A stretch of DNA of 64,000 nucleotides, taken from contig CBEUCH010000002.1 of the NCBI GenBank assembly GCA_965541585.1, positions 192,001 through 256,000 of the forward strand, read 5' to 3'. Position 1 is the first letter of the stretch; each line of letters begins with the position of its first letter. The notes beneath the pieces were generated by a model. The model was not told where the DNA came from. It worked only from the letters and a program-made list of their open reading frames with translations, and did not search any database. Shown piece after piece: positions 29,497-39,146 of the stretch. Source of the stretch: an uncultured bacterium (lineage in GTDB: Bacteria; Zixibacteria; MSB-5A5; UBA10806). Both the position numbers and the translations under genes were made by a program.

Positions 29497-30566
29497 AGAG
29501 GGAAGAAATCTCGATGTCCATGGGTATATTAAAACGATTCGGCTTTGCTTTACTTTATTGGTCCGGGATCTGGCTGTTGTTCAGATATCTTAATCGGCGA
29601 AAGTTCGTGATTCTCATGTATCATGGCGTGACGGATAAAGAAATCGTCAACTGGACTCAAGTCCCGGTCCACGAGTTTAGAAAGCAGATGAAATATATCA
29701 GCCGGCGCTGCCATCCTGTCGCTCTGGAGAGGGCTGCTGGATTCCCGGGAAAAGACTCTGCTGAGCATAATTATTCGATAGTTGTCACATTTGACGACGG
29801 CTTCAAGAACAACTATACCTGCGCTTATCCGATAATGAAAACCTATAACATAGCCTCCACAGTTTTCCTGACGACTTCGTTCGTTGATAAGGACCCGCGT
29901 TACGGGGGGATACTCTGGACCGACTATATTTCATCGATATTGCAATCCACGGCCAAGAACAATCTGGACCTGACAGACTTCGGCCTTGGCAGGATCGATC
30001 TAAGCGATAGCCTGAAACGTTATCACGCCAAGGGCCGGATATGCTTCGAGCTGAAAAAACTGGACTATGGGGAGAAAAATAGGATAATTGAAGAGATCGG
30101 CCGCAGGCTCGAAAGCGGAGTTTCCGAATATGATTACGGTATCTTTCAAAGCCTCGATTGGGACGATGTGGATAGGTTGAGCGGAGGCGGGCTCATGGAA
30201 TTCGGCGCTCACACGGTGAATCATGAGATTTTGCCGGGCCTGCCCCGTGATATCATGGAAAGAGAAATTCTTGACTCGAAGAGGATCGTCGAGAATCACA
30301 CAACAAAACCGGTAACAGCTTTTGCCTATCCCAATGGATCCTTCAATAACGAAGTCAAGGACAGAGTGAGTTCGCATTTTGATTGCGCGCTGACATCAAT
30401 AGAAGGTCTCAACCATGCAGGGATCGACAGGTACGAGTTGAAACGCTTCAATATTTTCAACGGCATGAAGATGTGGGAATTCAAACTGGCGATCTCGGGT
30501 ACCATGGAATTGGTTGGGAAATTCGGCAGGTTTTTCAGACGAAGCTCGTATTATGAAGTTGAATGA
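29493..30566 (+). CDS. Polysaccharide deacetylase (NodB/CE4)
   Basis: LMYHGV, TFDDG, GAHTVNH, FAYPNG. Confidence 0.9.
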   Translation: MKREEISMSMGILKRFGFALLYWSGIWLLFRYLNRRKFVILMYHGVTDKEIVNWTQVPVHEFRKQMKYISRRCHPVALERAAGFPGKDSAEHNYSIVVTFDDGFKNNYTCAYPIMKTYNIASTVFLTTSFVDKDPRYGGILWTDYISSILQSTAKNNLDLTDFGLGRIDLSDSLKRYHAKGRICFELKKLDYGEKNRIIEEIGRRLESGVSEYDYGIFQSLDWDDVDRLSGGGLMEFGAHTVNHEILPGLPRDIMEREILDSKRIVENHTTKPVTAFAYPNGSFNNEVKDRVSSHFDCALTSIEGLNHAGIDRYELKRFNIFNGMKMWEFKLAISGTMELVGKFGRFFRRSSYYEVE

Positions 30567-30569
30567 TCG

Positions 30570-32276
30570 ATGGTCTCCGTAGAGAAAATAGAAACACTGC
30601 AGGGCTTTGACGATTTAAGAGGCGTCTGGGATCGGCTTTTAGCAAAAAACGATTTTAGAAATATATTTTTAACTTTCGACTGGCTTCGTACGTGGTGGAA
30701 GGTTTTCGGTGGCGATAAAGAGCTGTATGTGCTGATAGTTAAATCGGATGCCGAAATCATAGGCGTCGCCCCGTTAATGCTTGAGACAAGCAGGAGACTG
30801 GGAAGAACCGTAAAGGTGATACGATTTATCGGCACGCCGAATGTGGATTATGGCGATTTCATCGGCGAAAATAAGAAACTAATCATTGAACATATAGTGA
30901 GGTATCTAATTCTGAATGGCGAAGATTGGTTTAGAGTTGAACTCGACCAGGTTTCGGAACGCTCATCCTCGCTGGCCCACGGCAGGGCAGTTCTCGAATC
31001 GCGCGATTTCTTATCGGCAATAAGGAAAACCGAGACCTGCTACTGCTACGCTTATGAGAACAATGACGGGAATCGTGTCAATTTCGATATTAGAAAGGGC
31101 CAGACTATTAGACGATCCATAAATCATTTCAAGAAAGCGCGGGGGTTAACTCTTGAACGAATTTTCGATATGTCATCAGCAAAGCGAAGTCTCGCAATGT
31201 TGTTTCAGTTTCACATAAATAGATGGGACGGCACGGCTACGCCCAGCAAATTCCTGAATCAGGCAAATCGTCAATTTTACAAAAAACTTGTCGAGCTTCT
31301 TCTACCGCAAAAGAAGATATGCATTCTCTCGTTGAAAAGTGGATCTATCCCGCTGGCTTATTCATTTTATTATGAATTCGAAGGAACTATCTACCATTAT
31401 ACTCTCGCTTACAACGAATACTTCGGTCGCAGGTCGCCTGGTAATTTGCTGCTGATATTGGGATCGGAATCCCTTGTCAGAGAGGGCTTTGATCTGGATT
31501 ATTCGCGGGGAACAGCCGATTACAAGGAGTTGCGTGCCAATAGATCTTACGATAACTACCGGATAACTCTTTATAGTGGGCGAAGCGACTATTTTTCTGC
31601 AAAAATCGCGGAGCATATAAAAAAATCCAGGCCCGTCAGAGCAATCCTGGGCAAACGTAGAGTCCAGTATTATAGACTCAAGTTAGCCGATGTCTATCAC
31701 AGGAATGGATTGAGAGGTTTGATATTTAAGATCATTGGATTTTTGTTCAAGTCCGTACTGGATTATAAAGTCGTCTATCTTTTTCGGCACGACGGGCGGC
31801 AGGAGACTATCCCCACTCCCAAGATAGAGGTGGAAATAAAAATGCTGGGCATCGAGGATGTCGACCAGATAGCCACGTTTTACGGCGTGAGAGAAGGCTC
31901 GGATAAACATAAAACCATAGTCCGGAGGTTTGAGAACAAGGCAGATTGTTTTGCCGCCTTCCACAACGGAAACATCGTCTATGTAAGCTGGACTCTCTTT
32001 GGTGAGGATTTCTGGAGCGATTACAACCTATCGGTCAAACCTGAAAGCGATGAAGTAGTTTTCTGCGATGCTTTAGCTTCGCCAATATACAGGGGAATGG
32101 GATTATATACTTACATGCTGGCTTATAAGCTCAACAAATATTCCCGGGAGGGTTACCGAGCGTTATCCGCAATTGCGAGATCGAACACTCCGGCTTTGAA
32201 GACGACGGCGAAATTTGGTTTTAGCCGTCTCCGGACGTATCGAAGGCTGAAGCTCTTTTCCAGATGGGTAATATGA
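30570..32276 (+). CDS. CelD/BcsL-type GNAT fused to a second C-terminal GNAT domain
   Basis: FLTFDWLRTWW, GVAPL, DYGDF, SPGNLL, RGTADYK; C-terminal YRGMGL and NTPA. Confidence 0.8.
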   Translation: MVSVEKIETLQGFDDLRGVWDRLLAKNDFRNIFLTFDWLRTWWKVFGGDKELYVLIVKSDAEIIGVAPLMLETSRRLGRTVKVIRFIGTPNVDYGDFIGENKKLIIEHIVRYLILNGEDWFRVELDQVSERSSSLAHGRAVLESRDFLSAIRKTETCYCYAYENNDGNRVNFDIRKGQTIRRSINHFKKARGLTLERIFDMSSAKRSLAMLFQFHINRWDGTATPSKFLNQANRQFYKKLVELLLPQKKICILSLKSGSIPLAYSFYYEFEGTIYHYTLAYNEYFGRRSPGNLLLILGSESLVREGFDLDYSRGTADYKELRANRSYDNYRITLYSGRSDYFSAKIAEHIKKSRPVRAILGKRRVQYYRLKLADVYHRNGLRGLIFKIIGFLFKSVLDYKVVYLFRHDGRQETIPTPKIEVEIKMLGIEDVDQIATFYGVREGSDKHKTIVRRFENKADCFAAFHNGNIVYVSWTLFGEDFWSDYNLSVKPESDEVVFCDALASPIYRGMGLYTYMLAYKLNKYSREGYRALSAIARSNTPALKTTAKFGFSRLRTYRRLKLFSRWVI

Positions 32277-33397
32277 TAAATATAGTTTTCATCATAGACT
32301 ATATGTTGGGCGCTAACGGTGGCACCGAGGGTCAGCTGCTAATGCTCCTGAACAGGCTGGATAGGAGCAGGTTTAACGTCCACCTTTTCTGCCTCAAAAA
32401 TACCGACTGGCTGGAAAACAGCGAACTGGATTTTCGGGTAAAGGTACTGGATGTCAAGAGACTCTTCAGTGCAAATACTGTAATGAAAATGTTTGAGTTT
32501 AGAAAATATTGTAAGGCACACGACATCAATATTATTCAAACGCATTTTAATGACAGTTATATTTTTGGAGTTCTTGCGGCGCGTCTTTCGAATATAAAGA
32601 ATATCATCGTTTGTCGGAGGAACCTGGGTCCCGGATTCTGGGGGAATAAAGCCCTCCTCTTCGTTTATAGAATATTAAGGTATATTACGCCGAAATATCT
32701 GGCAAACAGTCAGGCGACCAGAGAATCTATAATAAAATATGAGGGCATAAGCCCGGAAAGGATAAGTGTAATATACAACGGCCTCGACATGAAACGCTTC
32801 GAAATAATCGACGATGATTATCGACTGCAGGCTCGCCGGGATCTGGGAATCGATGGATCGCAAATTCTGGTGGGTATGGTCTCACATATGAGAAAGGATA
32901 AGAATTTTGAGCTTTTTCTGGATGCGGCGGCCAGGGTCCATAAGAGTCATCCCGAAACGCAATTCATGATCCTGGGAGAGGGGCCATATCGACCGAATAT
33001 CGAAAGACGGATCGAAGATCTGGGGCTGCAGGATTCCGTTTCTCTGATCGGCTCTGTGAACGATGTGGTTCCGTATCTTGCGGCGATGGATATTGCCTGC
33101 TTGACCACGGATGGCGAGAGTTTTTCAAATTCGATATTGGAATATCTTGCCGCAGGTCTTCCGGTGGTTGCCACTGAGGTAGGCGGGAATATCGAGGCTT
33201 TAAAAGAAAATGGATTCCTTTTCCCGCGAAACAATTTAGAGAAATTTGTTGATTTATTGACAGCTCTGATACAAGATAAACAGATGAGATGCCGGGTCGG
33301 GATCAGCGGCAGAACAGAGGCGGCCTCTCACTATGGAGTTGGCAAAATGATCTCCGAATATGAAGAGGTTTTCCTAAAAGTGCGTGGCACCTTATGA
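32273..33397 (+). CDS. GT4 glycosyltransferase
   Basis: GGTEGQL, IYNGLD, ESFSNSILEYLAAGLPVV; ATGA overlap with the upstream gene. Confidence 0.9.
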   Translation: MINIVFIIDYMLGANGGTEGQLLMLLNRLDRSRFNVHLFCLKNTDWLENSELDFRVKVLDVKRLFSANTVMKMFEFRKYCKAHDINIIQTHFNDSYIFGVLAARLSNIKNIIVCRRNLGPGFWGNKALLFVYRILRYITPKYLANSQATRESIIKYEGISPERISVIYNGLDMKRFEIIDDDYRLQARRDLGIDGSQILVGMVSHMRKDKNFELFLDAAARVHKSHPETQFMILGEGPYRPNIERRIEDLGLQDSVSLIGSVNDVVPYLAAMDIACLTTDGESFSNSILEYLAAGLPVVATEVGGNIEALKENGFLFPRNNLEKFVDLLTALIQDKQMRCRVGISGRTEAASHYGVGKMISEYEEVFLKVRGTL

Positions 33398-33522
33398 CAG
33401 CGAATCGGGATGAGTGGTGCAGATACCAGTGTCTAATAAAGAAACGGCCTGTTCAGGTAACGGGCAGCAGACAATCTGTTGCAGAAAAGAGAGAGAAACG
33501 TCTACATGACGAACCAATTGGC

Positions 33523-33576
33523 AATCAGCAGGTTAAATGAGCGGGTATTTGGCTGATAGGTGGCACTATTCTTGCA
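33523..33576 (+). promoter_or_regulatory. sigma54 (-24/-12) promoter with upstream IHF-like site
   Basis: TGGCAC-TATTC-TTGCA at 33561-33576; AATCAG-CAGG-TTA (WATCAR-N4-TTR) at 33523-33535. Confidence 0.7.
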
Positions 33577-33767
33577 TTGAGCTCTGGTTGTGGTTAACAA
33601 TAATGGCAACGGGTGGGGATGGTCGGATCTTCTCAGGTTCTAATAATCAGACCCTCTCTGCCGATTATGAGTCATGAAGGCAATAAAATTTGGAGTCTCT
33701 TAATGGGGGGTTCTGAACTCGAGGATATCGATCGATGTCTTTGGGCTGTAGAGACTAAGGAGGAAAA

Positions 33768-36700
33768 GTGATTTATAATAAGGCACCGGGAAGGCGATAC
33801 AGGCAAATCGCTCGAACAATGTCAATATTATTTATGACCCTTGTTGTGTTCTCATCTATATCGTATGGCGCTCAGCACGTGATAACGTCATTGCCGTTTA
33901 CGATTACGACCGGCCACAACAATGATACACTCTATATGAGTGGAAATCTAAGTGCAGCTGGAAACGCTATAACGATCGATGCAGGTGTAACAGGATTCTA
34001 TTTAAGGGGCAAAGGCGATACCATCACGTTCAATACCGATGAGGGCAACGGTGCATACGGGATAGAGTTTAACTCAAATACCTACTTCAAGATCGACTCG
34101 TTGACCATTATACAATATTCGGCACAAGGAACTAACTGTGTGGGCATGAGAATTGTCGGGGGAACCCATGATGCCCAAATTTATGATTGTAATGTTCACG
34201 TAAAAGGAAAAGATTGTAATAATATTTATCATACGTCAAGCACCAGAAGTTACAACTTTGAGATTTTCAGCGGTAACTGGACGAGCTTTTCTGATTCTTT
34301 TACTAATCGATGTCAAAATAGTGGTGCTGCTATTATAGGGGGCTATGCTTCTATTACGGGACAGGGAGATTATGGTTACTGGATTCACAAGGTTACAATT
34401 GATAGTTGTCCTGCAGTGGGTATCTATGCTGACGAGAAAAGTTTAATAGATTCAAATACCGTATATGTCAACGCTCATACCGATGTTTATGATTATCCAT
34501 CAGGACAAACTTGTTGGAGTGCCGATAATTCTTGGGGGATAGTATTGGCAAGCGCAATGCCTGGTGCGCGGGTAATGGGCAATTATGTCCGTGTCAGGAG
34601 TAATCATGAGGGTGGTCGGGGAATTACACTGGGGGATCCTCAAGGTAGTGAGTCGGAGCCAATCGATGTATCTTATAATGATGTATTGGTTACGCAAGGG
34701 CGATCAGACTATGAGGGAGCCACCCCTTTTACCCATGGAATTGAGATAGAACCCGATGACGCAAATGCTGGTATTAACTGGTTGAATATTCATCACAATA
34801 GGATTGAAACATATGTGGATACGCTTGCATCCACGACCCACGTACCCGCCATTGGATATGCTCTTTCGATTGTTTTGGATATTATCAATGGGAATAATCA
34901 CGATATTAATATTTACAACAACACAGTCATCGCCAATGGCGATACCAGGGGCAACAACTTTGCTTCTGGTGTAGGGCGCGCAGCAGCCTTTAATCTTATT
35001 TCAGATGATACTGTCAATTCTATATTATCATATAATAATCGCTACGTGTCTAATAGTGTTTGCTGGTCTTTTGGAAGGGCAGCGGCACAAAGCAATTATA
35101 CGATAAGTATTGGAGATACGCTCGAATGGAACAATCCCCACTATGGTGATTATCTCGGCACCAACGAGAGTGGCCCGATAGTATTCACAGAAGGCCAGAA
35201 CTCTCTCGATCATTATTTCATAGATGCGGTTTATACGGGTGACAATAATCATCCTGATAGCACAGCGGATACTTATGCGGGCGGAACTAAAATAGTCTTT
35301 CACCAGAAAACTCTGAGAGTATACGTCTATGGCAATAACGATTTCCCGGTTCCTGGCGCCTCCGTCTGGGCTGTGAATAATTACGGAGATTCGGTGCTGG
35401 TGGGAACCTCTAATTCGCAGGGATTCGTGGCCGGCATCGTAACCTACGACTATGATAGGTGGGATGGCGCCGCGTACTACGATTCGTTATATAACGATTT
35501 TACATTGAAGGCGAAAAAGGATAATGACAGCACGATTGTCTCTTATACGGTTGCATCTACCTCGGCGCCACCGATTCTGATTCTATCGAACACCTCAGGG
35601 GAAGATCCTCCCGAGGATGTCATGGCACCAGGCAGGGTGGATGATTTAGATGGTGTGCCGGGGGGTACGCATGGCGAAGTCGATTTAGCTTGGACGGCAC
35701 CGGGCGACGATGGAAATATCGGGACGGCCGCCTATTATGTCATAAGATATTCAACCGCACGGATCACCGAGATCAACTGGGCCTCTGCTCCGGTCGTGCC
35801 GAATCCGCCGGTCCCATTGGAATCAGGAACCTTTCAGACTTTCACGGTTAACGGATTAGGTGAAGGCGAGAGATATTATTTTGGAATTAAAGCTTACGAT
35901 GATGCCGGCAACGTTGCTCCCCTGTCTAATATCCCCAGTTCCTTAGCATGCGGTATCGCGGTACCGCCGCCCCTTGAAACCCTGATCGATCCTGATAACG
36001 CCTCGGTCGAGGCTATCTCTTTAGCCGTCGATTCATATCTGCCGGTGTATTATGAGTTCGCCCTGGATACGGTTGAGAATTTCGCGAATCCCAGGATAGA
36101 AGTGGACCTGTTGGCAGATTCGACGGCTTCGGCCGCGTTTGGCGGTTTGTCTGAAGAATTCAGCTATTTCTGGCGTTCCCGTGCCGTGGCCTCAGATCAA
36201 TCGGATTCCAGCAACTGGTCTCAGATGATAGCTTTCAATATCCTTACGGGCGTTACCCAGACGCTTGCCAGCTCGAACTGCATATATCCGCGGGAGGGCC
36301 AGGCCATCCAGACAAACAGGCCGGTTTTTATAGTCGAATACGTAGCCGATATTGCGGGAGTCTATTTTCAGGTGGACGATAATGCCAGCTTTGACTCCCC
36401 CCTGGAATCGGGGCCGATCCAGACAATACCGAATATTGATACCGAATGGCAGATCACTGAGTCCCTCTCAAATGGTATGACCTATTACTGGCGTATAAGT
36501 TCGGATAACACGGTCTGGACTGCGCCCATTATCTTCAGCGCCTCTCTGGATATCCATCCCTATCCCAACCCTTTCAGGGTTTCCGAAGGCCACACGAATA
36601 TCACATTTACCAACCTGCCGCCTGAATCCAGGCTCACGGTTGCAACGGTTTCCGGCAATATAGTAAGGAGGATCGAGGGCATCGGGCCCGATAACTGGGT

Positions 36701-36809
36701 CTGGGATGTAAGGAACGATGATGGAAAAGTGCTGGCCTCCGGTGTATACCTTTATGTTATCGAATTCAAAAACGGGTATTCCAGAGATAAGTTCATGGTG
36801 ATAAGATAG
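33768..36809 (+). CDS. Large secreted protein: beta-helix (pectin lyase-like) region, FN3/Ig domains, T9SS-like CTD
   Basis: AAGGAGG RBS; signal peptide; I.NN/SYN repeats; LAWTAPGDDG...YYFGIKAYDDAGN FN3; PYPNPF...WDVRNDDGKVLASGVYLY CTD. Confidence 0.82.
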   Translation: MIYNKAPGRRYRQIARTMSILFMTLVVFSSISYGAQHVITSLPFTITTGHNNDTLYMSGNLSAAGNAITIDAGVTGFYLRGKGDTITFNTDEGNGAYGIEFNSNTYFKIDSLTIIQYSAQGTNCVGMRIVGGTHDAQIYDCNVHVKGKDCNNIYHTSSTRSYNFEIFSGNWTSFSDSFTNRCQNSGAAIIGGYASITGQGDYGYWIHKVTIDSCPAVGIYADEKSLIDSNTVYVNAHTDVYDYPSGQTCWSADNSWGIVLASAMPGARVMGNYVRVRSNHEGGRGITLGDPQGSESEPIDVSYNDVLVTQGRSDYEGATPFTHGIEIEPDDANAGINWLNIHHNRIETYVDTLASTTHVPAIGYALSIVLDIINGNNHDINIYNNTVIANGDTRGNNFASGVGRAAAFNLISDDTVNSILSYNNRYVSNSVCWSFGRAAAQSNYTISIGDTLEWNNPHYGDYLGTNESGPIVFTEGQNSLDHYFIDAVYTGDNNHPDSTADTYAGGTKIVFHQKTLRVYVYGNNDFPVPGASVWAVNNYGDSVLVGTSNSQGFVAGIVTYDYDRWDGAAYYDSLYNDFTLKAKKDNDSTIVSYTVASTSAPPILILSNTSGEDPPEDVMAPGRVDDLDGVPGGTHGEVDLAWTAPGDDGNIGTAAYYVIRYSTARITEINWASAPVVPNPPVPLESGTFQTFTVNGLGEGERYYFGIKAYDDAGNVAPLSNIPSSLACGIAVPPPLETLIDPDNASVEAISLAVDSYLPVYYEFALDTVENFANPRIEVDLLADSTASAAFGGLSEEFSYFWRSRAVASDQSDSSNWSQMIAFNILTGVTQTLASSNCIYPREGQAIQTNRPVFIVEYVADIAGVYFQVDDNASFDSPLESGPIQTIPNIDTEWQITESLSNGMTYYWRISSDNTVWTAPIIFSASLDIHPYPNPFRVSEGHTNITFTNLPPESRLTVATVSGNIVRRIEGIGPDNWVWDVRNDDGKVLASGVYLYVIEFKNGYSRDKFMVIR

Positions 36810-36840
36810 AAGCGAGTATGAAATTTATCTTATGCTGTGG

Positions 36841-36870
36841 GAAGGCCGTGGAGATTACGGCCTTCTCTTT
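36841..36870 (+). terminator. Intrinsic terminator between convergent genes
   Basis: GAAGGCCGT-7 nt-ACGGCCTTC followed by TCTTT. Confidence 0.7.
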
Positions 36871-36919
36871 ATAGAACGAATCCTCTTATGATCCAGGGAT
36901 CAGAGGTTAGTATCGTTTA

Positions 36920-38041
36920 TCAAGGTTGCAGGCCAGGCGAATAAGAGCGGAAAATTTCATAGATCCTTTTTCCCACCACGGGCCATGTATGATTGGATCT
37001 TAACTTTTCGAATCCCGATTTTCCCAATTCAGTAGCCAGGCCGGGATTCTCCAGTATCCTGATCAGGTATTCCGCCAGAGTCCCCGTATCCCCCGGCTCT
37101 ATGATGAAACCCGTTTTGCCATCATCTATCAGTTCGGGCATGGCGTCGACGGTGGTTCCGATACATGGCAGTTTGCATGACATAGCTTCCAGAAAAACCT
37201 GGCCCACAGGTTCATTTCTTGAAGGCATGGCGAATAGCGAATGTTGATAGTAGAATTCTTTCACTCTGTTTTTGTCGGTAATTCTGCCCAGATAATTCAA
37301 ACCTTCGCCCTGAATGTTCAGGTTTGTCGGCCCGATAATCGTTAACTGTGCATCCGGAACGGCCGTCCTTGCTTCGCTGAAAGCGGAAAGGAGCGTATCC
37401 AGTCCCTTCCCCTTAAACCCTTTACCGATAAAGAGTATTTTCTTCGCTGTGTAATCGGGGAATCTATCGGGTTCCAATTTATCGTAGGGAGCGCCGACGC
37501 CGGCGCCCACGGTCACCACCTTTTCAGGCCGGACGCCGTAATCATTGATGATAGATTGTCTGGCATTCTCGGTAGAGGTCAATACTTTTACGGCCTTATT
37601 GTAAAGATCTATTTCCTTTCTGATCCAGAACTCTTCTTCCTTACCCGGCTTTCTCTTCCATTCGCTGTTTCTTTTCTTGGAGAGCAAAGAAGTATAATCG
37701 ACCTGGAGAAAAAACGGCAGGTTTATGCCCTCCTCTGTCGGATCCCACAGGCTCCCGATCTGGTATATAATATCAACACCGCTCTGATATTGCCTGATTT
37801 TCTTTCGGGCGAATGCCGATTTCCTTTTGAAAGCTGATATCGAAGTATGATATTGAAGATCTCTTTTAAGCGCCCATCTCTTTTTTCCGGGATAGAAGCT
37901 CTTAGCGGTACAGTATATCTTAAAAATCGGAAGTTCGACCTCGATATGTTTTATAGTTTGATCGTAAGCCGCCAGAGCGTCAAAGAATGATGTTTCAAAG
38001 CCGGAAAAAATTCTGCTTGGAGAGAGCCCGAGTATCTTCAT
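36920..38041 (-). CDS. GT4 glycosyltransferase
   Basis: LFIGK..KGKG, EPVGQVFLEAMS (EX7E). Confidence 0.88.
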   Translation of the reverse strand: MKILGLSPSRIFSGFETSFFDALAAYDQTIKHIEVELPIFKIYCTAKSFYPGKKRWALKRDLQYHTSISAFKRKSAFARKKIRQYQSGVDIIYQIGSLWDPTEEGINLPFFLQVDYTSLLSKKRNSEWKRKPGKEEEFWIRKEIDLYNKAVKVLTSTENARQSIINDYGVRPEKVVTVGAGVGAPYDKLEPDRFPDYTAKKILFIGKGFKGKGLDTLLSAFSEARTAVPDAQLTIIGPTNLNIQGEGLNYLGRITDKNRVKEFYYQHSLFAMPSRNEPVGQVFLEAMSCKLPCIGTTVDAMPELIDDGKTGFIIEPGDTGTLAEYLIRILENPGLATELGKSGFEKLRSNHTWPVVGKRIYEIFRSYSPGLQP

Positions 38042-38593
38042 AACTGATGCAGGGATGGGGTAATGTTTTGGAAAGCCATCGTTTTATATCGTTAAAAGCC
38101 TGTTAAATCATCCTGAGATCTACTACGAATTACGGTTCAAGATTCAGATATTTTTATCAGATTCCCTGGCCTCTTGACAACCTATGTTCAAAGAGCGTTT
38201 TGGACGCTCTAATAATATAGTAGCAGACGCCTTTCCGTTTCGCAAGGCATTTTAATCAGGCGCATCTGATATCCATGCAGGCGGTGCCATCCGGTGTTGT
38301 TCGGGAATAAGCTGAAGGTGAATTGAGCGGTGTTAAAATATCTACAATGGAGGCTGTTTTGAGTGCTGGTTTGTGCGGTCGGACCGGCGCCGGTCAGGTT
38401 GTGCAGCCTGGGAATATCCTTTGAGGGGGGTACGCTTTTGAACCAGAAAGGCACTTCCCATACGGGCTTTGCCTCCTTTCAGGGGATTTGCGAATTGGCG
38501 TGATGATAAATGCGGCCGCCCCCGCAAGCGCAAAATTTACCCATAGTTGCGATTATACAGAAACTTCTGGACAATCGTACTCGTATCCGATCT

Positions 38594-39085
38594 ATGACCA
38601 ACGAAGAAACATTGCGCGAACATCTGGCGAAGTTCTTAAACTGGGATTGTGCGCATCAGAGTTTTGATATGATCGCCGATTTCCCGGAGAGGGTCAGAGG
38701 AACCAGGCCGGAAGGTATGCCGTATACTGCGTGGCAGCTATTAGAGCATATGCGCATATGCCAATGGGATATCCTGGAGTTTTGCCGGAACCCTGATCAT
38801 GTCTCGCCGAAGTTTCCCGATGGCTACTGGCCCGAAAGCGGCACCCCTTCTGATCGAGAAGCCTGGGATAATAGCGTGAATAGCTTTCGCTCGGATCTGA
38901 AGGCTATGCAGAACCTCATAGCCGATCCATCCACGGATCTGTTTCGTTCGATATCGCATGGGGACGGACAGACCATTCTGCGAGAGGCGCTACTCCTTGC
39001 GGACCACAATTCTTATCATCTGGGGCAGTTGATGGCCGTGCGGCGGCTCCTCGGCGCCTGGCCTGACAATACGGCCGGGAAGTAG
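38594..39085 (+). CDS. DinB family protein
   Basis: WQLLEHMR and LADHNSYHLGQ His triad; start set at ATG 38594. Confidence 0.85.
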   Translation: MTNEETLREHLAKFLNWDCAHQSFDMIADFPERVRGTRPEGMPYTAWQLLEHMRICQWDILEFCRNPDHVSPKFPDGYWPESGTPSDREAWDNSVNSFRSDLKAMQNLIADPSTDLFRSISHGDGQTILREALLLADHNSYHLGQLMAVRRLLGAWPDNTAGK

Positions 39086-39146
39086 TAAGATTATCGTCCG
39101 GCCAGACAGGTCAGGGAACTATTGAAGATATTCCGTTGGTAGGTCT

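Noticed and set aside
38209..38454. HEPN-like remnant (IPRLHNL) in an 81-aa minus ORF
   Set aside because: Only a short motif resemblance; no other support and no partner nucleotidyltransferase
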